Shown here piece after piece: positions 57,875 through 64,000 of a stretch of 64,000 nucleotides of DNA; the first letter of the stretch is position 1; each line of letters begins with the position of its first letter. Source of the DNA: an uncultured Chryseobacterium sp. (GTDB lineage: Bacteria > Bacteroidota > Bacteroidia > Flavobacteriales_F > PHOS-HE28); contig CAYMXP010000003.1 of assembly GCA_964394425.1 (NCBI GenBank), forward strand, positions 20,995-84,994. Direction: 5' to 3'. The notes under the pieces were generated by a model that worked only from the letters and a program-made list of their open reading frames with translations, searched no databases and was not told the DNA's origin. The translations under genes and the position numbers were made by a program.

Positions 57875-57892
57875 ACGCGCTTCTCACTTCGT

Positions 57893-58296
57893 TCAGTCGC
57901 GTTTCACGAAGCGCCGGCTGATCACCTCGCGTTCGTTGCCGATGCGCAACACGTACATCCCCGCGTTCAGGTCATGCACGCCCATGCGCCATTCGTTCAA
58001 GCCGGGTGCCACGGGCAGCGCCACGCGCCGCACCACTTTCCCATCGAGGGCCGTGATGCTCACGTCCACCGTTCCGCCCCGCTCGCTCACGAAGCTGGTG
58101 GTGAGCAGGTCGCTGGCCGGGTTGGGGAACACGGCGAGGCCATGCAGCGCGCTCTCCTCTTCGATGCCGCCGATGATCACCGGCTGCATCACGTTGATGG
58201 TGAAGCCCGAGCGGTCGTCGTTGTGCTGCGCGAAGCCGTTGTACATCCCCAGCGAATCGATCGAGACCGTGTCGCAATGGGTGCTGGTGCAGCCGA
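57893..58296. repeat. 404-bp segment identical to 59664-60067
   Basis: By-eye base-by-base comparison of the two 3' gene ends. Identity starts at the stop codon. The first mismatch is at 58297 / 60068. Confidence 0.85.
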
Positions 58297-59518
58297 TCGA
58301 GTCGTTGATCGTCAGGCAGAGCAGGTAGGGTCCGTTGCCCCCATATACGTGCGTGGGATAGGGATCCGTGGAGGTGTTGCCATCGCCGAAGTCCCAGGAG
58401 AAGTTGAACACGCCGCTGCCGCCGCTGCTCAGGTTCCACACCCAGAGCGTGTAGGGGATCGGCGTGGCGGTGCCCAGCACGCTGTCGATGGTGTAGGCCT
58501 GCAGCACCCAGAAGTTCGCCTGGCAGGGCGCGCTGGTGCCGCCCACGCAAACACAGTTGATGTCCCACACGTCGTTCGTGGTGAGGGGGTTGCCGTCGTT
58601 GCAAGGAGTACCGGGCAGGTTCGGGCCGAAGGGGATGCCCATGCAGTCGTAAATGGTGTTGAGCGAATCGACGCACACGCAGGTGCTGTCCCAGATGCCC
58701 GTGATGAAGATGCCGCCGATCGAGTCGGTGCAGGCCGTGCCGGGCAGGTTGGGGCCGCCGGGGATGCCGAGGCAATCCAACGGGCCCGTCCCGGTACCGA
58801 AGCATCCGCACAGGGGGGTCCAGGTGTCGTTCACCGTGCTGCTGTCGCCATCGTCGCAAGGTGTGCCGGGCAGGTTGGGCCCGTAGAGGATGCCGAGGCA
58901 ATCGTACCACACCGGCCCGGTGTTGATCCCGCCGAGGCTGTCCACCACCACCGTGTCACACATCAGGCTGGTGCAGCCGCCACCGTCGTTGATGGTGAGG
59001 CACAGGCCGTAGACCCCTGGGCTGCTGAAGGTCCAGGTGGGTTCGAAGGCCATGCTCGTCGAACCGTCGGGCATCCACCAGGTATAGCCGATCGGCGCGG
59101 TGCCCGTGCTCGTGTTGGTGGTGGTCATCTGCCAGGGTCCGCTCTGGCCAACGGTAAAGGAGGCCTGGCACGATCCTCCGCAGTTGATGGTCACGAAGGT
59201 GTAGGAACTGTCATTCAAGAAGTTGAAGGCCGTGCTGTCGTACACCGTGTTGATGATGCCCAGGCACGGGGTGCTCAGTTCGACCGCGGCCGTGAGGCTC
59301 GACAGGTTCAGCACCGTGGTGAAGCCGCAGGTGGGGCTCAGCGACAGGGTCTGGGTGATCGCGGGCGTGGTGCCGGGCAGTGTCTGGAGCGTCACCACCT
59401 GGCCGGGGTAGCATCCGGGGACCACGCCGTTGATGATCCAGGTGTAGGGCAGCTGGGCGGTGGCCTTCATGGTGAAAACCGTGGCTCCGGCCAGGAGCAG
59501 GGTTCGGATCGATCTCAT
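57893..59518 (-). CDS. T9SS cargo paralog A: Cys-rich repeat / PKD-like protein with type-A C-terminal sorting domain (541 aa)
   Basis: ATG 59518 gives the signal peptide MRSIRTLLLAGATVFTMKATAQ. Three copies of a ~37-aa four-Cys repeat, two PKD-like modules (e.g. FNFSWDFGDGNTS...HVY) and the CTD LAVFPNPASD...GMYVLRIGNEREVISRRFVKRD. Confidence 0.85.
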   Translation of the reverse strand: MRSIRTLLLAGATVFTMKATAQLPYTWIINGVVPGCYPGQVVTLQTLPGTTPAITQTLSLSPTCGFTTVLNLSSLTAAVELSTPCLGIINTVYDSTAFNFLNDSSYTFVTINCGGSCQASFTVGQSGPWQMTTTNTSTGTAPIGYTWWMPDGSTSMAFEPTWTFSSPGVYGLCLTINDGGGCTSLMCDTVVVDSLGGINTGPVWYDCLGILYGPNLPGTPCDDGDSSTVNDTWTPLCGCFGTGTGPLDCLGIPGGPNLPGTACTDSIGGIFITGIWDSTCVCVDSLNTIYDCMGIPFGPNLPGTPCNDGNPLTTNDVWDINCVCVGGTSAPCQANFWVLQAYTIDSVLGTATPIPYTLWVWNLSSGGSGVFNFSWDFGDGNTSTDPYPTHVYGGNGPYLLCLTINDSIGCTSTHCDTVSIDSLGMYNGFAQHNDDRSGFTINVMQPVIIGGIEEESALHGLAVFPNPASDLLTTSFVSERGGTVDVSITALDGKVVRRVALPVAPGLNEWRMGVHDLNAGMYVLRIGNEREVISRRFVKRD

Positions 59519-59583
59519 GGGGTTGTAGCGTTGTGTCGTTTCATCTGCATACACGCAGGAAGGAGGGCCGGGGTTGGGTGAGC

Positions 59584-59614
59584 GATCAGAAAATTAGAGG
59601 ATCAGAAGATCAGA
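59584..59614. repeat. cluster of three GATCAGA heptamers 5' of paralog A
   Basis: GATCAGA at 59584, 59600 and 59608. The context GCGATCAGAAAATTAGAGGATCAGAAGATCAGA is homologous to 61484-61515. Confidence 0.7.
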
Positions 59615-59663
59615 AGAGCACCTCCATCGGATCGGGGACGACCTCGTCCGTTCCTCCTGTCGC

Positions 59664-60067
59664 TCAGTCGCGTTTCACGAAGCGCCGGCTGATCACCTCG
59701 CGTTCGTTGCCGATGCGCAACACGTACATCCCCGCGTTCAGGTCATGCACGCCCATGCGCCATTCGTTCAAGCCGGGTGCCACGGGCAGCGCCACGCGCC
59801 GCACCACTTTCCCATCGAGGGCCGTGATGCTCACGTCCACCGTTCCGCCCCGCTCGCTCACGAAGCTGGTGGTGAGCAGGTCGCTGGCCGGGTTGGGGAA
59901 CACGGCGAGGCCATGCAGCGCGCTCTCCTCTTCGATGCCGCCGATGATCACCGGCTGCATCACGTTGATGGTGAAGCCCGAGCGGTCGTCGTTGTGCTGC
60001 GCGAAGCCGTTGTACATCCCCAGCGAATCGATCGAGACCGTGTCGCAATGGGTGCTGGTGCAGCCGA
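59664..60067. repeat. 404-bp segment identical to 57893-58296
   Basis: See the partner repeat. The offset between the copies is 1771 bp. Confidence 0.85.
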
Positions 60068-61415
60068 GCGTGTCGTTGATCGTGAGGCAGAGGATGTAGG
60101 GCCCGTTGCCCGCATACACGTGCGTGGGATAGGGATCCGTGGAGGTGTTGCCATCGCCGAAATCCCAGGAGAAGTTGAACGCGCCGCTGCCGCCGCTGCT
60201 CATGTTCCACACCCAGAGGGTGTAGGGGATCGGGGTGGCGGTGCCCAGCATGCTGTCGATGGCGTGGGCCTGTAGCACCCAGAAATTCGCCTGGCAGGGC
60301 ACGCTTGTGCCACCCACGCAAACACAGGTGATGTCCCACACGTCGTTCGTGGTGAGGGGATTGCCGTCGTTGCAAGGAGTACCGGGCAGGTTGGGGCCGA
60401 AAGGGATGCCCATGCAGTCTACGATGGTGTTCGGCACGCATACGCAGGTGCTGTCCCATACTCCGGAAAAAACAATGCTCCCAACCGTATCCGCGCAAGC
60501 CGTTCCAGGAAGTGCGGTCCCACCGGGGATCCCGAGGCAATCGAGCGGACCGGTGCCGATCCCAACGCAGGCGCACCATGGCGCCCAGGTATCGCTGACC
60601 GTGGTACTGTCCCCATCATCACAGGGAGAACCCGGAATGTTCGGCCCGAAAAGGACACCCAGACAATCGAACCAGTAGGATCCACCACCATAGAGCATGC
60701 CGACGCTGTCCACGATCAACGTATCACACTGCCAGCTACTGCAGCCAAGGCTGTCGGTGATGGTCAGGCAAATGTCATAGTAGCCAGATGAGGTGAACGT
60801 GAAACCGGGTTGGAACGCGTTGCTGATGGAACCGTCAGGCATCCACCATTGATATGTCAGTGGGCCGGTACCTGAACTCAGATTGGTGGTGGCAATGTTC
60901 CATGCAGCGGTTTGCTGCACTGTGAAGGATGCATTGCATCCATAGTTGCCCACACAATCGCAACTGCTGTCCCAGGTATCGCCCGAGGTCAACGGGTTGC
61001 CATCGTCACAAGGTGTGCCGGGCAGGTCCGGACCTCCCATGATCCCGAGACAATCGATCGTGGATGATCCGCAGTTGAGCGTGACCATCGTATACGAAGT
61101 GTCCAGAAGGAACCCGAATTGAACACTGTCATACATCGTCACCATCGTCCCTCCGCACATGGTGGAAAAGGTCGCTTCAGCGAGGCTGCTGCTCAGGTTC
61201 AGGTAAATGGAGAACGTGCATGTGTTGGAGTCCACAGGCAGCGTCAGGCTATAGGCCGGCATGGTGCCGGGTAAGGTCTCCAGGTTGACGGTCTGGCCGG
61301 GATAGCAATTGGTCACGGTACCAGCGACCAACCAGGTATATGGGCCTTGTGCCAGCGCAGATGCTCCACCCATGGCAAGGCCAGCCACGAGCAGTGAGCA
61401 CGAAAGGGGGTTCAT
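59664..61415 (-). CDS. T9SS cargo paralog B: Cys-rich repeat / PKD-like protein with type-A C-terminal sorting domain (583 aa)
   Basis: ATG 61415 gives the signal peptide MNPLSCSLLVAGLAMGGASALAQ. Four copies of the four-Cys repeat. The C-terminal 134 aa are identical to paralog A. The 5' ~1 kb is visibly less GC-rich. Confidence 0.85.
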   Translation of the reverse strand: MNPLSCSLLVAGLAMGGASALAQGPYTWLVAGTVTNCYPGQTVNLETLPGTMPAYSLTLPVDSNTCTFSIYLNLSSSLAEATFSTMCGGTMVTMYDSVQFGFLLDTSYTMVTLNCGSSTIDCLGIMGGPDLPGTPCDDGNPLTSGDTWDSSCDCVGNYGCNASFTVQQTAAWNIATTNLSSGTGPLTYQWWMPDGSISNAFQPGFTFTSSGYYDICLTITDSLGCSSWQCDTLIVDSVGMLYGGGSYWFDCLGVLFGPNIPGSPCDDGDSTTVSDTWAPWCACVGIGTGPLDCLGIPGGTALPGTACADTVGSIVFSGVWDSTCVCVPNTIVDCMGIPFGPNLPGTPCNDGNPLTTNDVWDITCVCVGGTSVPCQANFWVLQAHAIDSMLGTATPIPYTLWVWNMSSGGSGAFNFSWDFGDGNTSTDPYPTHVYAGNGPYILCLTINDTLGCTSTHCDTVSIDSLGMYNGFAQHNDDRSGFTINVMQPVIIGGIEEESALHGLAVFPNPASDLLTTSFVSERGGTVDVSITALDGKVVRRVALPVAPGLNEWRMGVHDLNAGMYVLRIGNEREVISRRFVKRD

Positions 61416-61484
61416 GATCAGGAGTGGTTCTGGTGAACTTTCAGATCAATACACGCAGGGATGGCCAATGAGGTTGGGTCGGGC

Positions 61485-61561
61485 GATCAGACAATTGGAC
61501 GATCAGAAGATCAGACGCTCCCTTCGGAGCTGGCGTTGCTTTCAATTGTCTGATCTTCTCA

Positions 61562-61579
<18 letters not shown>
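61485..61579. repeat. GATCAGA / TCTGATC heptamer cluster (three direct plus three inverted copies) with CAATTG cores
   Basis: GATCAGA at 61485, 61501 and 61509; TCTGATC at 61549, 61565 and 61573. The 13-bp inverted repeat GATCAGACAATTG (61485-61497) pairs with CAATTGTCTGATC (61543-61555). There is an inner hairpin GCTCC-CTTC-GGAGC at 61517-61530. The last two units lie inside the final hutU codons. Confidence 0.7.
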
Positions 61580-63607
<2,028 letters not shown>

Positions 63608-63632
63608 GGACCGCGAAGATCGGGTGAAGCGG

Positions 63633-64000
63633 CTAGCGGGCGATGATGAAGCGCCGGGGTCGTGAACCGTCCAATCTGAGAACGTACATACCTATGTTGA
63701 GGCCACCTACGTCTATCTTCTCATTCGCCGAGGTAAGCCGTGTTCTTCGCAACAACCGCCCTTCAAGATCATGGATCATGACCAGTGCCCCTGCTTTCGC
63801 CCCAGTCACAGTGATCGCATCAATAGCTGGATTGGGAAAAGCACCGAACCATGGTTCACTCTCTTCCTGCACAGCTACATCCCAATCGATGATCGGCGGC
63901 TGAATGATGGTATCACCATCAATGATCGCTCCAACGAGGTCCACTATCAATGCACCATTCATTCCCCGGTCGAACTGGACTTGGCGCAGTCCTAAGCCTT
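63633..64000 (-). CDS. C-terminal fragment of a T9SS cargo protein (5' end outside window)
   Basis: The minus-strand frame stays open upstream of Met 63962 to the window edge. The type-A CTD pattern is FPNPAIDAITVTG...DLEGRLL...IDVGGLNIGMYVLRL...RRFIIAR. The stretch is visibly lower in GC. The stop lies 25 nt before the hutU start. Confidence 0.7.
   Translation of the reverse strand, partial: GLGLRQVQFDRGMNGALIVDLVGAIIDGDTIIQPPIIDWDVAVQEESEPWFGAFPNPAIDAITVTGAKAGALVMIHDLEGRLLRRTRLTSANEKIDVGGLNIGMYVLRLDGSRPRRFIIAR

Overview
This is a GC-rich chromosomal segment. I infer a gliding, type IX secretion (T9SS)-bearing member of the Bacteroidota from gldJ, a porP/sprF-family gene, porU-porV, many T9SS C-terminal sorting domains and TAnnTTTG-type promoter boxes. 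I support about 47 protein-coding genes (two cut by the window edges) and two tandem tRNA-Val genes. I see no rRNA, CRISPR array, transposase or integrase ORF. Housekeeping genes present are lnt, pabB-like, tilS, dsbD, gmhA, comM/yifB, secA, folC, exbB-exbD-tonB, anmK, an acyl-CoA dehydrogenase, murF, ispF, cdd, pdhA-pdhC, recG, ppa and hutU. They are interleaved with T9SS genes: the canonical sprF-gldJ / porU-porV locus, a second divergent PorV-like/PorU-like pair at the left edge, and at least four T9SS cargo genes. Many long ORFs in the supplied track are antisense or upstream-extension artefacts of high GC. The track also scores GTG/TTG as Met, so I re-derived several starts. The observations most worth follow-up are: (1) the second coupled PorV-like/PorU-like module; (2) two tandem Cys-rich cargo paralogs with a 404-bp identical 3' end, next to an ECF sigma factor and a membrane-anchored beta-barrel partner; (3) two adjacent MITE-like insertions flanked by direct repeats, from which an empty site can be reconstructed; (4) GATCAGA heptamer clusters 5' of both paralogs; (5) a GC-rich palindromic element in frame inside hutU; (6) a recurring extended promoter motif TAnnTT[TC]G + GCGCCCTT. 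All functional calls rest on motif recognition by eye. No database search was run.
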